Positions 21,847 through 32,196 of a stretch of DNA of 64,000 nucleotides are shown here, one piece after another (the stretch's first letter is position 1; each line of letters opens with the position of its first letter). The notes below the pieces were generated by a model. The model saw nothing but the letters and a program-made list of their open reading frames with translations. It searched no databases and had not been told where the DNA came from. The position numbers and the translations under genes are program-made. The stretch comes from Candidatus Omnitrophota bacterium (GTDB lineage Bacteria; Omnitrophota; Gorgyraeia; Gygaellales; Profunditerraquicolaceae): assembly GCA_049517335.1 (NCBI GenBank), contig JBEKSD010000002.1, positions 64,001 to 128,000 of the forward strand, written 5' to 3'.

Positions 21847-23210
21847 TGCCTAAATTGACGTCCAAACAAGGACCCAAAGAACGGATTAAAAATTTTTTCG
21901 AAGTTGCGCTGGGTTTCTCTAAAAAAGAAGCTGAAGAGGAAGCTAAGCGCTGCCTTCAATGTAAAGAGCCACTTTGCGTTAAAGGATGTCCGGTTGAAAT
22001 TGATATACCGGCATTTATAAAGTTAATAAAAGAAGGCGAGCCTGAAAAGGCGCTAAAAAAAATAAAAGAAAAGAATGCCCTGCCTGCTGTCTGCGGAAGA
22101 GTTTGCCCGCAGGAAAACCAGTGTGAAGCAGTGTGCGTATTAAATAAAAAGAAAATCGCAATAAATATCGGGGCATTAGAAAGATACGCGGCAGACCATG
22201 GAATTAACAGGCCAGTCACCAACGAGCCACTCCGCAAAAATATAAAAGTGGCTGTTGTGGGAAGCGGGCCTGCAGGCCTTACCTGTGCAGCTAGCCTTGC
22301 AAAAATGGGCTATATAGTGATGCTCTTTGAATCCTTGCACCTTCCCGGCGGGGTTTTATCTTACGGTATCCCGGAATTCCGCCTGCCTAAGGAAATAGTC
22401 CAGAGAGAGGTTGAATACATAAAAAACTTGGGCGTTGATTTAAAAACGGACATTTTAATCGGAAGTACATACTCCTTAAACGACCTTTTTGCTGCCGGCT
22501 ACAAGGCAATTTTTTTGGCTGTGGGCGCAGGTTTACCGCAGTTTTTGGGCATTCCAGGAGAAAACCTTGCCCGAGTTTATTCGGCAAATGAATTCTTAAC
22601 CCGGACAAACTTAATGAAAGCCTACAAGTTTCCCGAATACGCCACGCCTATAAACATAGGAAAGAAAGTGGCGGTTATCGGAGGAGGAAATGTGGCTTTG
22701 GATTCGGCAAGAACAGCTTTACGCCTAGGAAAACAGGTCTTCTTAGTTTACCGCCGGACGGAACTGGAGATGCCCGGCCGACTTGAAGAGATTACAAACG
22801 CCAAAGAAGAAGGGGTTATTTTTAAATTCCTCACCCAGCCAATAAGGATACTCGGGGATGACTCCGGATTTGTCAAAGGCTTGGAGTGCATAAAAATGGA
22901 GCTGGGAGAAATGGATTCATCCAACAGAAGAAAACCCATTCCGGTTAAAGGCTCAAATTTTATTTTAGATGCAGATACGGTTATTGTGGCAATAGGGCAA
23001 AACCCTAATCCGCTCTTAGCAAAAACAACTGAAGGCTTAAAGATTAAAAGTAACGGCACAGTTATAGTTGATGAAAACTATATGACTTCATTAGCAGGAG
23101 TATTTGCCGGAGGCGATATAATCACTGGCGCAGATACCGTAATTCAGGCAATGGGCGCAGGAAAGAAAGCCGCAATAGCCATAGATAAATATCTAACCCG
23201 CGGAGGATAA
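21843..23210 (+). CDS. NfnB/SudA (GltD-like) NADPH-dependent oxidoreductase
   Basis: RCLQC..P.C..GCP, CGRVCPQE.QCE, GSGPAG, GGGNVA and FAGGD motifs. Confidence 0.9.
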   Translation: MMPKLTSKQGPKERIKNFFEVALGFSKKEAEEEAKRCLQCKEPLCVKGCPVEIDIPAFIKLIKEGEPEKALKKIKEKNALPAVCGRVCPQENQCEAVCVLNKKKIAINIGALERYAADHGINRPVTNEPLRKNIKVAVVGSGPAGLTCAASLAKMGYIVMLFESLHLPGGVLSYGIPEFRLPKEIVQREVEYIKNLGVDLKTDILIGSTYSLNDLFAAGYKAIFLAVGAGLPQFLGIPGENLARVYSANEFLTRTNLMKAYKFPEYATPINIGKKVAVIGGGNVALDSARTALRLGKQVFLVYRRTELEMPGRLEEITNAKEEGVIFKFLTQPIRILGDDSGFVKGLECIKMELGEMDSSNRRKPIPVKGSNFILDADTVIVAIGQNPNPLLAKTTEGLKIKSNGTVIVDENYMTSLAGVFAGGDIITGADTVIQAMGAGKKAAIAIDKYLTRGG

Positions 23211-23215
23211 ACGAG

Positions 23216-24046
23216 ATGCCAAAGATAACTGTTCAGGATATTCTGGCCTTAAAAGGTAAACGTAAAATAACCATGCTTACCGCTTATGATTATCCGCTTG
23301 CGGCATTAGTGGATAAAACAGGCATTGATATGATTTTAGTCGGAGACTCACTGGCTAATGTTGTTTTAGGGCTTGATTCAACGACAAAAGTGGGTATGCC
23401 TGAAATGCTGCATCATGCAAAAGCGGTAACCCGTGCGGTAAAACACGCGCTGGTAGCCGGGGATATGCCTTATGATTCTTATCAGGTCAACCCGGAAGAA
23501 TGCGTAAAGAACGCAAGAAGGTTTATCTCTGAGGCAAACTGTGACTGTGTAAAGCTTGAGTGGTTTGACAAATGCTTGGAGGTAACCGAAAAAATCATCA
23601 AGGCGGGAATTCCGGTAATCGGGCATATTGGTTTAACTCCGCAAACCGCAGAAAAAATAGGCGGTTTTAAAGTTCAGGGAAAGGATGCAGAAGCCGCTAA
23701 ACGCTTAATTGAGCAAGCACTTGAGCTGGAAAAACTAGGGGCCTTTGCGCTTGTCCTTGAATGCGTACCGGATAAGATTGCCGAAATAATCACAAAGAAG
23801 CTTAAAATCCCGAGCATCGGAATAGGCGCTGGCTCCCATTGCGACGGGCAGGTTTTGGTGATGCACGATATGCTCGGCCTTTTTGAACGCTATACCCCGA
23901 AGTTTGTAAAAAAATATATCAATCTTTCTCCCATGATCTTGAAAGCCATTGAAGAATTTAAAACAGAAGTTGTTGAAGGGAAATTTCCTGGTCCAGAGCA
24001 TACCTTCAGTATCAAAGAAGAAGAAATAAAAAAACTTAAAGCATGA
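23216..24046 (+). CDS. panB: 3-methyl-2-oxobutanoate hydroxymethyltransferase
   Basis: MLTAYD, LVGDSL, HIGLTPQ and GIGAG..CDGQVLV motifs. Confidence 0.97.
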   Translation: MPKITVQDILALKGKRKITMLTAYDYPLAALVDKTGIDMILVGDSLANVVLGLDSTTKVGMPEMLHHAKAVTRAVKHALVAGDMPYDSYQVNPEECVKNARRFISEANCDCVKLEWFDKCLEVTEKIIKAGIPVIGHIGLTPQTAEKIGGFKVQGKDAEAAKRLIEQALELEKLGAFALVLECVPDKIAEIITKKLKIPSIGIGAGSHCDGQVLVMHDMLGLFERYTPKFVKKYINLSPMILKAIEEFKTEVVEGKFPGPEHTFSIKEEEIKKLKA

Positions 24047-24786
24047 AAATTAAAGATAGAATAATCAAATATTTAAGCGCAGCAATATTCCTTATTGCCG
24101 GCCTTAGCTTTATAGCCAAATTCGGAGGGCCTCAGATATTAAAGTATTACGTCCAAACAGGCATAGGCGACTGCGAAAGAATCCCGATTTTTTGCATGTC
24201 TCCGTACGAAACGATAGACGTTTCAAAACCGAATTCCGCATACATGGCCGAACTTGTTCCTTATAAAGCTTACAAAATCTCGGCATATGTACCGAAAGGT
24301 TTTAACGTCGTGCAGGAACTGATTATGAAAACAAGCTTTAAAAAACATAAGCGCATGTTTAAGGGAGATATTATTTATATGCTTTGTCAGGATAAAGATT
24401 TTTTTACCCGACTATACCCCCAATTGAAAAAAGAGGGCGTAAACGACAACTATGAGTTCATCCGCCGCGTTATGTACGCGAAAGAGGATGAAATCAATAA
24501 TATAACCGATACCTTTTTCGTAATTATGAAAGGAATATTCATTCCGGATATCGGAAACCAGTTAAACGCAAAAATGATACGGGTAAATCTAGGCGGATTC
24601 AAAGGCTTCATAAATTACAATATGGAAAAAACGGGGAATTATTTTGACTGTAACGTTGTTGACGGAGAAGGGAAATTTTTTAAGGTATATATTAAAGATA
24701 AAAGCAGGGTTCTTAATTTGGAGAAGGTTTTTACCATTCTCTCAACCGTAAAATGCATTGACGCGGGAATTCTCTTGCCCCGTTAG
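24043..24786 (+). CDS. Hypothetical membrane-anchored protein
   Basis: 247-aa ORF coupled to panB by an ATGA overlap; N-terminal TM helix. Confidence 0.7.
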   Translation: MKIKDRIIKYLSAAIFLIAGLSFIAKFGGPQILKYYVQTGIGDCERIPIFCMSPYETIDVSKPNSAYMAELVPYKAYKISAYVPKGFNVVQELIMKTSFKKHKRMFKGDIIYMLCQDKDFFTRLYPQLKKEGVNDNYEFIRRVMYAKEDEINNITDTFFVIMKGIFIPDIGNQLNAKMIRVNLGGFKGFINYNMEKTGNYFDCNVVDGEGKFFKVYIKDKSRVLNLEKVFTILSTVKCIDAGILLPR

Positions 24787-24830
24787 AAATATTATGGTAA
24801 TATATTTTTCTATTTGAGGTTATTAAATTT

Positions 24831-26144
24831 ATGCCTGAGAACTTAATGGAAAAAATAGTTTCTTTCTCTAAGCGCCGCGGGTTTATTTTCCAGTCATCGG
24901 AAATATACGGCGGCTTAAGCAATACCTGGGATTACGGACCGTACGGTATTGAGCTTAAGAACAATTTAAAACGCGCCTGGTGGAAAACAAATGTTTACGA
25001 GCAGGACGATATTTACGGTATGGACGCAGCCATCCTTATGCACCCCAAAGTCTGGGAGGCAAGCGGGCATGTTAATAATTTCTTTGATATATATTTAGAT
25101 TGCCTAAACTGCAAAAAAAGAATAAAAGTTGACGACCCAACTTTCAAGAAAGTAACTAATACCTGTCCTTATTGTGGCGAGTCTGGACTCACTGATCCAA
25201 GAGAATTTAATTTAATGTTTAAAACTCATCAGGGTCCAATTGAAGAAGCAGCCAATCTGATCTATCTTCGTCCTGAAACCGCGCAGGGGATGTTTGTTAA
25301 TTTCTTAAATATCCTTGATTCAAAACACTCTAAGTTGCCTTTTGGGCTGGCTCAAATAGGAAAAGCATTCCGCAACGAAATCACTCCGGGAAATTTTACC
25401 TTCCGTACCCGGGAATTTGAACAGATGGAGATTGAGTATTTTGTCAACCCTGAAGAAGCAGATAAAAAATACGAAGAGTGGATTAATGCCCGGTTCAATT
25501 GGTATTTAGGGTTGGGGCTAAAAAGAGATAACATACGTTTAAGGCCGCACGGAAAAGAAGAACTTGCGCATTATGCCTTGGCGTGTACCGACATAGAGTA
25601 TAATTTCCCGTTTGGCTGGTCTGAGCTTGAAGGGATTGCCAACCGCACGGATTTTGACCTAAAGCAGCATGCTAAAGTGAGTGGTAAAGATCTAAGGTAT
25701 TATGACGACGCAACGAAAGAAAGATTCTACCCTTATATAATTGAGCCTTCCGGCGGAGTGGACAGGAGCATTTTAGCGTTCATGGTCGATGCTTACCATG
25801 AGGAGAAAGTAAAGGGAGAAACGCGCGTAGTGATGAAATTACACAAAGAGCTGGCTCCGATAAAAGTTGCAATTTTACCGCTTTTACGCAACCGGCCTGA
25901 AATCGTAGAGCTGGCAAAAAAAATCAGCGCGGAATTAAAAAAGAAACTTGCCACTGTTTACGACGATACCGGCTCTATCGGCAAGCTTTACCGTCGGCAG
26001 GATGAAGTCGGCACGCTTTATTGTATTACGGTTGATGTACAGTCTTTGGAGGATAAACAAATTACGGTTCGCGATCGCGACACGATGTTGCAAGAACGAG
26101 TTTCGGTCGATAAAATAAAAGAATATCTTGCAGATAAGCTATAA
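24831..26144 (+). CDS. glyQS: Glycine--tRNA ligase, homodimeric alpha2 type
   Basis: KRRGFIFQSSEIYGG, LRPETAQG, FRTREFEQME and IGKLYRRQDEVG motifs. Confidence 0.95.
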   Translation: MPENLMEKIVSFSKRRGFIFQSSEIYGGLSNTWDYGPYGIELKNNLKRAWWKTNVYEQDDIYGMDAAILMHPKVWEASGHVNNFFDIYLDCLNCKKRIKVDDPTFKKVTNTCPYCGESGLTDPREFNLMFKTHQGPIEEAANLIYLRPETAQGMFVNFLNILDSKHSKLPFGLAQIGKAFRNEITPGNFTFRTREFEQMEIEYFVNPEEADKKYEEWINARFNWYLGLGLKRDNIRLRPHGKEELAHYALACTDIEYNFPFGWSELEGIANRTDFDLKQHAKVSGKDLRYYDDATKERFYPYIIEPSGGVDRSILAFMVDAYHEEKVKGETRVVMKLHKELAPIKVAILPLLRNRPEIVELAKKISAELKKKLATVYDDTGSIGKLYRRQDEVGTLYCITVDVQSLEDKQITVRDRDTMLQERVSVDKIKEYLADKL

Positions 26145-26164
26145 AAAGGAGGGTTTTAAAAGTA

Positions 26165-28903
26165 ATGGTAAAGAAATACGTTTACAGTTTTGGCGGAGGT
26201 AAAGCAGACGGAAATGAAAGCATGAAAAATCTTCTGGGTGGCAAAGGCGCCAACCTGGCTGAAATGGCAGGGCATAAAGATTTGAAACTTCCTGTTCCTC
26301 CGGGATTTACGCTTACTACCGAGGTTTGCACATATTATTACCAGCACCACCGGACTTATCCTTCTACCTTAAAAACAGAAGTAAATAAGGCGTTAGCGCA
26401 TGTTGAGAAATTAATGCTCAGGAAATTCGGCGACGTGGAAAGCCCGTTATTGGTTTCCGTGCGCTCGGGCGCAAGAAAGTCCATGCCCGGAATGATGGAA
26501 ACGGTTTTAAACGTCGGCCTGACTGAAAGGACTATCCCCGGACTGATCAAGCAAAGCGGAGGCAATGCGCGTTTTGTTTATGATGCCTACCGCCGACTGA
26601 TTATGATGTATTCCGACGTTGTTATGGAGAAAGCGGCAGGTATCGAGCCAAAAGACGAACAGGGAATACGCAAGCAGCTAGAAAGAATTATGTTGCAGAT
26701 AAAGAATGAAAAAGGCTATAAGAGCGATACCGACTTAACTGCCGAAGATTTAAAGAAGCTCTGCAACCTTTTTAAGGCGAGAATCAAAGAAGTATTAAAG
26801 AAGGAATTTCCGGATGAACCTATGCAGCAATTATGGGGCGGTATAGGCGCCGTATTTGCTTCATGGAATGGCAAGCGCGCGATTTCCTACCGCCGCATTG
26901 AGAGGATTCCCGATGAATGGGGAACCGCGGTAAACGTGCAGACCATGGTATTCGGCAATATGGGCAATGATTCCGCAACCGGCGTTGCCTTCAGCCGTAA
27001 CCCCGGCACAGGAGAAAACTATTTCTACGGCGAATATTTACTTAACGCCCAGGGCGAAGACGTTGTTGCGGGCATCCGTACGCCAGCCCCCATAAATGAA
27101 TTATCAAAATCAGAACACAATAAAGAACTGGTCACACTGGAAAAATCCATGCCTAAACTCTATAAAGAACTGGTTAACTACCGTGACCGTCTGGAAAAAC
27201 ATTACCGCGATATGCAAGATATTGAATTCACCATAGAAAAAGGCCGCCTGTTTATGCTTCAGTGCCGCGTGGGAAAACGCAACGGCCCGGCAGCAGTATG
27301 CATGGCTATGGAGATGATAAAGGAAAAACTGATTAAACGGGAAGAAGCAGTTCTAAGAGTTTCCCCTGAGCAGCTTGACGAGCTGCTTCATCCGATTATT
27401 AATCCTAAAGCAGAATTAACCCATAAGCCGCTGGCTAAAGGTTTACCTGCAGGGCCGGGAGGAGCAACAGGGCAGATTGTTTTTTCCGCAAATGATGCAG
27501 TAGAATGGACAAAGCAGGGCAAAAAAGTAATACTGGTGCGCGAAGAAACCAACCCCGAAGATGTTGAGGGTATGCGCGCAGCTGAAGCAATTCTGACTGC
27601 CCGGGGAGGAATGACTTCACACGCCGCCTTAGTTGCCCGTGGCTGGGGAAAATGCTGCGTTGTCGGATGCTCTGCGCTACATGTTGAATTTGATAAGAAA
27701 GAAATATCTATCGGAGGTAAAACCTTAAAAGAAGGCGACTGGATTACCTTAAACGGAAGCAAAGGGAATGTCTATGAAGACAAGCTCCCGATGATGGACG
27801 CCACAAAGGAAAATAAAGTCCTTAACGCTTTCTTAAAGATTTGCGCTGACATTAAGAAACTGGGGATTCGCACTAACGCCGACACTCCAGAAGATGCGGC
27901 TAAAGCAAGGGAATTCGGCGCAGAAGGTATCGGCTTGTTCAGGACCGAGCACATGTTTTACGGCAAAGGCTCTGATGAAGCCTTGTTCCTGCTGCGTAAG
28001 ATGATTATTTCAAAGACCTTGGAAGAAAGGACAAAAGCCCTTGATGAGCTGGCTCCTTATGTCAAAAAAGACATAAAAGGAACCCTTGAAGCTATGGATG
28101 GATTCCCGGTAGTTATCCGTTTACTGGACCCGCCCCTTCATGAATTCGTACCGCGCGATTCCGAAAAGCTTGAGCACCTTGCAAAAGAGCTTAACATCAG
28201 TATGGAAGAATTGTCCGAGCGCGCAGAAAATTTACACGAATCTAACCCGATGATGGGACACCGCGGGGTACGTTTGGGAATAACTTATCCTGAAGTAAGC
28301 AGTATGCAGGTCCGCGCGATATTTGAAGCTACGGCAGAGTTGATTAAAGAAGGCAGGAAACCTTATCCGGAGATTATGATCCCCGTTGTCTGTGACGTAA
28401 AAGAACTGACTAACCAGCTTGAGTTATGCCGCAAGGTTTATGCCGAAGTGCTGAAAAAATATGGGTTAAAAAATATCAAGCATATGTTCGGGACGATGAT
28501 TGAAATTCCGCGTGCGGCATTGCTTGCGGATAAGCTTGCGGAAGTTGCTCAGTTCTTCTCATTCGGGACTAACGACTTAACCCAAATGGGATTTGGCTTT
28601 TCGCGCGATGATATTGGGGGCTTTGTTCCGGATTATCTGAAATTGGGTATTTTACCGGAAGACCCGTTCCAAAGCATTGACCAGGAAGGGATAGGCCAGC
28701 TTATTAAAATAGGCATTGAACGCGGCCGCAAGACAAATAAAAAACTTGAAGTGGGCATTTGCGGCGAACACGGAGGAGAGCCGAAATCAGTTGAATTCTG
28801 CCATAAAGTCGGCATGAATTATGTCAGCTGCTCGCCGTTCCGTGTTCCGATTGCGAAATTAGCTGCAGCTCAGGCGGTATTAAAAGAAAAAAGAAATAAC
28901 TAA
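26165..28903 (+). CDS. ppdK: Pyruvate, phosphate dikinase
   Basis: LGGKGANLAEM, GGMTSHAA, GIGLFRTEHMF and GICGEHGG motifs. Confidence 0.98.
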   Translation: MVKKYVYSFGGGKADGNESMKNLLGGKGANLAEMAGHKDLKLPVPPGFTLTTEVCTYYYQHHRTYPSTLKTEVNKALAHVEKLMLRKFGDVESPLLVSVRSGARKSMPGMMETVLNVGLTERTIPGLIKQSGGNARFVYDAYRRLIMMYSDVVMEKAAGIEPKDEQGIRKQLERIMLQIKNEKGYKSDTDLTAEDLKKLCNLFKARIKEVLKKEFPDEPMQQLWGGIGAVFASWNGKRAISYRRIERIPDEWGTAVNVQTMVFGNMGNDSATGVAFSRNPGTGENYFYGEYLLNAQGEDVVAGIRTPAPINELSKSEHNKELVTLEKSMPKLYKELVNYRDRLEKHYRDMQDIEFTIEKGRLFMLQCRVGKRNGPAAVCMAMEMIKEKLIKREEAVLRVSPEQLDELLHPIINPKAELTHKPLAKGLPAGPGGATGQIVFSANDAVEWTKQGKKVILVREETNPEDVEGMRAAEAILTARGGMTSHAALVARGWGKCCVVGCSALHVEFDKKEISIGGKTLKEGDWITLNGSKGNVYEDKLPMMDATKENKVLNAFLKICADIKKLGIRTNADTPEDAAKAREFGAEGIGLFRTEHMFYGKGSDEALFLLRKMIISKTLEERTKALDELAPYVKKDIKGTLEAMDGFPVVIRLLDPPLHEFVPRDSEKLEHLAKELNISMEELSERAENLHESNPMMGHRGVRLGITYPEVSSMQVRAIFEATAELIKEGRKPYPEIMIPVVCDVKELTNQLELCRKVYAEVLKKYGLKNIKHMFGTMIEIPRAALLADKLAEVAQFFSFGTNDLTQMGFGFSRDDIGGFVPDYLKLGILPEDPFQSIDQEGIGQLIKIGIERGRKTNKKLEVGICGEHGGEPKSVEFCHKVGMNYVSCSPFRVPIAKLAAAQAVLKEKRNN

Positions 28904-28905
28904 AC

Positions 28906-28981
28906 TAGGGACGGTTCTCAAGGCGAAGCTAAACTGTCCCCTAAAGGGGACAGTTTAAGATTAAGTTGAGAACCGTCCCTA
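28906..28981. repeat. Nested REP-like palindromes (GGGACGG / GGGGACAG ends)
   Basis: Outer arms TAGGGACGGTTCTCAA / TTGAGAACCGTCCCTA enclose inner TAAACTGTCCCCT-AA-AGGGGACAGTTTA. Confidence 0.8.
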
Positions 28982-28990
28982 AAACAACCT

Positions 28991-29806
28991 ATGGAATCCT
29001 TAAAATTATACCTCAAGGAAGTCAGAAACATACCTTTATTGACTCCACAGGAAGAAATTAATCTGACCCGTAGAGTGAAGAAAGGTGATGAGCAGGCGCG
29101 TAAAGGCATGATCCGCGCAAACCTCAGACTGGTCATAAATATTGCTAAGCGCTATATGTATTTGGGTATCCCGCTCATAGACTTAATAGAAGAGGGGAAC
29201 CTCGGGCTTATCAAAGCAGTTGAAAAATTTGAACCAAAGAAAGGCTTCCGCTTTTCAACTTATGCCGCATGGTGGATTAAACAGGGGATTACCCGTTCAA
29301 TTTCAGAACAGGGAAAAATGATCCGCATACCTGTTTACATGAATGAGCTAATCTCCAAATGGCGCAAGGCCAAAGAGCGGCTTTCCCAGAAGTTAAAACG
29401 CCTGCCGAAAGATGAAGAAGTTGCCAAAAAAATCAAGCTTACAAGAGATAAAATTGAACAGATAAACTTCTGGATGAGCTCATCCACGTCCTCACTTGAT
29501 ACTCCCATAGGGGATGAAGAAAACAGCCAGGTCTCTGATTTAATAGAAGATAAGACCTCCGCTTCGCCGGATGCGACCGTCGGGATTATGATGGACAAAG
29601 AAAGAGTGAACAACCTTCTTGATATAATGAGCGGGAGGGAAAAAGAAATACTTGATATGCGCTTCGGGCTTAATGACAATAAACCGCACACACTGGCGGA
29701 AGTTGCGCAAAAGCTGGGAGTTTCCCGCGAAAGGGTACGCCAGATAGAAGAAGCGGCTTTAAAGAAACTCAAAAAATTCGTAACCGATCAGGAGGGCGAG
29801 TTATGA
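28991..29806 (+). CDS. RpoD/RpoS-family sigma-70 factor lacking region 1.1
   Basis: YLKEV..IPLLT, NLRLV, DLIEEGNLGL, GFRFSTYA.WWI and SRERVRQIE motifs. Confidence 0.92.
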   Translation: MESLKLYLKEVRNIPLLTPQEEINLTRRVKKGDEQARKGMIRANLRLVINIAKRYMYLGIPLIDLIEEGNLGLIKAVEKFEPKKGFRFSTYAAWWIKQGITRSISEQGKMIRIPVYMNELISKWRKAKERLSQKLKRLPKDEEVAKKIKLTRDKIEQINFWMSSSTSSLDTPIGDEENSQVSDLIEDKTSASPDATVGIMMDKERVNNLLDIMSGREKEILDMRFGLNDNKPHTLAEVAQKLGVSRERVRQIEEAALKKLKKFVTDQEGEL

Positions 29807-30327
29807 GCCCTAAAATCAACTTAAAAGGAATAATAAGGAATATCCCGGATTTCCCCAAGCCTGGAATTTTATTTTATGACATCACAACCCTGCTCAACGA
29901 TAGAAAGGCACTTAAATACGCAGTTAATGAATTAGTAAAAAAATTTAAAAGTAAAAGAATAGATAAAGTGGTTGCCGTTGAAGCAAGGGGTTTTATTTTC
30001 GGGGGAGCGATTGCGCACCAACTGAACGCGGGATTTGTCCCAGTCAGAAAAAAAGGAAAACTCCCGTGGAAAACCAATTCGGCAACTTATGCATTAGAAT
30101 ACGGGACAGATACCCTTTATATGCATAATGACGCCATAAAGCCTAAAGACAATATTCTAATCGTTGATGACCTGTTGGCAACCGGCGGCACGATTAAAGC
30201 AGTAACGGATTTAGTTAACCAGCTAAAAGGTAATATAAAAGGGATAATTTTCCTCATTGAGCTGCTGGATTTAAAAGGTAAAGAAAAGCTTAAAGGTTAT
30301 CCGGTATTTTCTTTGATAAAATATTAA
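29803..30327 (+). CDS. apt: Adenine phosphoribosyltransferase
   Basis: [24 protein letters not shown] and [10 protein letters not shown] motifs. Confidence 0.97.
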   Translation: MSPKINLKGIIRNIPDFPKPGILFYDITTLLNDRKALKYAVNELVKKFKSKRIDKVVAVEARGFIFGGAIAHQLNAGFVPVRKKGKLPWKTNSATYALEYGTDTLYMHNDAIKPKDNILIVDDLLATGGTIKAVTDLVNQLKGNIKGIIFLIELLDLKGKEKLKGYPVFSLIKY

Positions 30328-30361
30328 GCAAAATTCTGCAAATCGGAGGTGGAGGTACCCA

Positions 30362-30643
30362 GCCTATGTTGGCAATAATAATTACCGGACGCCCCTTATT
30401 TCGCCTATTTACGCTGATTTATCCGGATTACCCCCTATGCTCATCCAGGTTGGTGAATGGGAAATTTTGTTAAGTGGTGATTCCACCCAGCTGGCGGAGC
30501 GGGCCCGTAATGCCGGAGTTGATGTAACGCTAGAGGTGTGGGATTGTATGTGACATGTATGGTATTACTTTACGCCCTATGTACCCGAGAGCAAGCGTGC
30601 CATTAAGAAAATTGGAGAGTTTCTACGTAGCCATATAGACTAA
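30362..30643 (+). pseudogene. C-terminal remnant of an HSL-family alpha/beta hydrolase (esterase)
   Basis: Frame reads [37 protein letters not shown]...[16 protein letters not shown]...; internal TGA at 30551; no 5' half. Confidence 0.8.
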
Positions 30644-30743
30644 ACCTGATACGTAAATCAGTTTAAGATAGCCCATGCATCAAAGGCGAGAAAAAGAATT
30701 AAAATCAGGTCAGGGTAGGGAATATTTAAAAATTATTTTATCT

Positions 30744-30817
30744 GCGCCTATAGCTCATAAGGATAGAGCAGCAGTTTCCTAAACTGCGTGCGGCAGGTTC
30801 GATTCCTGCTAGGCGCA
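30744..30817 (+). tRNA. tRNA-Arg (anticodon CCT)
   Basis: Acceptor stem GCGCCTA/TAGGCGC, anticodon arm GCAGT-TTCCTAA-ACTGC, T arm GCAGG-TTCGATT-CCTGC; CCA not encoded. Confidence 0.95.
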
Positions 30818-30828
30818 TCTATTTATCT

Positions 30829-31479
30829 ATGTATAACTTACACACCCATACATTATTAAGCGATGGGGTATTACTTCCTTCGGAAGTCGCGGTGCGTTAT
30901 CTTGATAAGGGCTATAAGGTAATCGCGATAACCGACCACGCTGATTACTGTAACATTAAACCCCTAATAAACGCCGTTACCGCTTTCTGCAGCCATTGGC
31001 CCAAAAATTCCGGCATAACCGTCCTACCCGGCATTGAGTTAACCCATATCCCTCCCGAACAATTTAAGCCTCTGGCTAAATACGCGCGAAAAAACGGGAT
31101 TAAGGTAATTGTCGCTCACGGCGAAACTACAATGGAGCCGGTAATAACGGGAACTAACCGCGCAGCGATTATGTCCGATATTGATATCCTCGCGCACCCC
31201 GGATTAATAAACGATGGAGACACACTGCTTGCAAAGGAGAGAAATATTTTTTTGGAACTAACCAGCCGCAGAGGGCATTCAGATACCAATAATCACGTGG
31301 CAAAACAGGCGTTAAAACACGGTGTAAAACTGATATTGAATAATGACAGTCATGAACCGCAAGATATAATCACGCCTGAAGAATTAGCCGAAATAGGGAC
31401 TAATTCGGGAGTCAGTAAAGAGGGTATTGATATTATATATAGGAACATAGAAGAATTTATAAAAAGGAGGAAAGGATAG
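30829..31479 (+). CDS. PHP-domain (histidinol phosphatase-like) protein
   Basis: LHTHT.LSDG, AITDH, HGET, ILAHPG and DSH motifs. Confidence 0.88.
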   Translation: MYNLHTHTLLSDGVLLPSEVAVRYLDKGYKVIAITDHADYCNIKPLINAVTAFCSHWPKNSGITVLPGIELTHIPPEQFKPLAKYARKNGIKVIVAHGETTMEPVITGTNRAAIMSDIDILAHPGLINDGDTLLAKERNIFLELTSRRGHSDTNNHVAKQALKHGVKLILNNDSHEPQDIITPEELAEIGTNSGVSKEGIDIIYRNIEEFIKRRKG

Positions 31480-31480
31480 G

Positions 31481-31945
31481 ATGAAACGAAAAAATATAGT
31501 TCTCGTATTTGTGTCTTTGTGTGTCCTCGTGTTCGCCGGGTGCGCCATGATGCAGCAGGATAAATCCTTAAGCTCTAGTACCTCAACATTAGAGCCGCAG
31601 GCAATGATTAAATTTCCCGATGTCCCTGTTCCCAGCGGTTTCAAAAGCCTACCTAGCCAGTCATATTCCTTTGAAAGCTCGGGCGTGCGGGTCGGAGTCT
31701 TAAAATTCCAGGGAAAAGCTGAAATAGACCAAATCGTGAATTTTTACAAAGAACAGATGGTAATGTATAACTGGAATCTGCTGAATGTAATTGAATACGG
31801 GGACCGCCTCTTGAATTTTGACCGCGAAAATGAAACCTGCGTCATTACCCTGATACCGAAAGGAAAAACGGTTATAATTACTGTTTCTTTGGGGCCGAAA
31901 TCGCAGGCAGTTACTAAAAAAACGAAGAAAGAACCGGTAAAATAA
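31481..31945 (+). CDS. Hypothetical lipoprotein
   Basis: Lipobox FAGC after a hydrophobic signal; GGAGG upstream. Confidence 0.75.
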   Translation: MKRKNIVLVFVSLCVLVFAGCAMMQQDKSLSSSTSTLEPQAMIKFPDVPVPSGFKSLPSQSYSFESSGVRVGVLKFQGKAEIDQIVNFYKEQMVMYNWNLLNVIEYGDRLLNFDRENETCVITLIPKGKTVIITVSLGPKSQAVTKKTKKEPVK

Positions 31946-31973
31946 TATAAGGTGAGAGAAGCGTAAAAAACTC

Positions 31974-32002
31974 TTGACAAACATAGAGTTATGTGATAAA
32001 AA
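31974..32002 (+). promoter_or_regulatory. Putative sigma-70 promoter of the porin gene
   Basis: TTGACA-N17-TAAAAA with extended -10 TG. Confidence 0.5.
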
Positions 32003-32196
32003 GGACATAATATAATTTGGATATACCATTGGAGATGGCTTTAATGTTCGGCGGAAAGGAGGATGAAGCATATAAAATAAGCCGGAGGCCAGAGAAAATC
32101 CAGTGATATACTATAGAAAATATACCTAGGATACAATTGAAGAACCTAGTTAAGTGATATAGTCAAGAATTTTATTTATCAAGGAGGATTAAGCAA

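Noticed and set aside
30551-30553. TGA-to-Trp or selenocysteine recoding
   Set aside because: Occurs in a 5'-truncated remnant; TGA terminates many intact genes in the window and Trp is TGG elsewhere.
32003-32196. Riboswitch or leader peptide in the long porin leader (mini-ORFs MKHIK and MALMFGG...; AGTGATATA twice)
   Set aside because: SD spacing is wrong for the mini-ORFs and I cannot match or fold a convincing motif; left unannotated.
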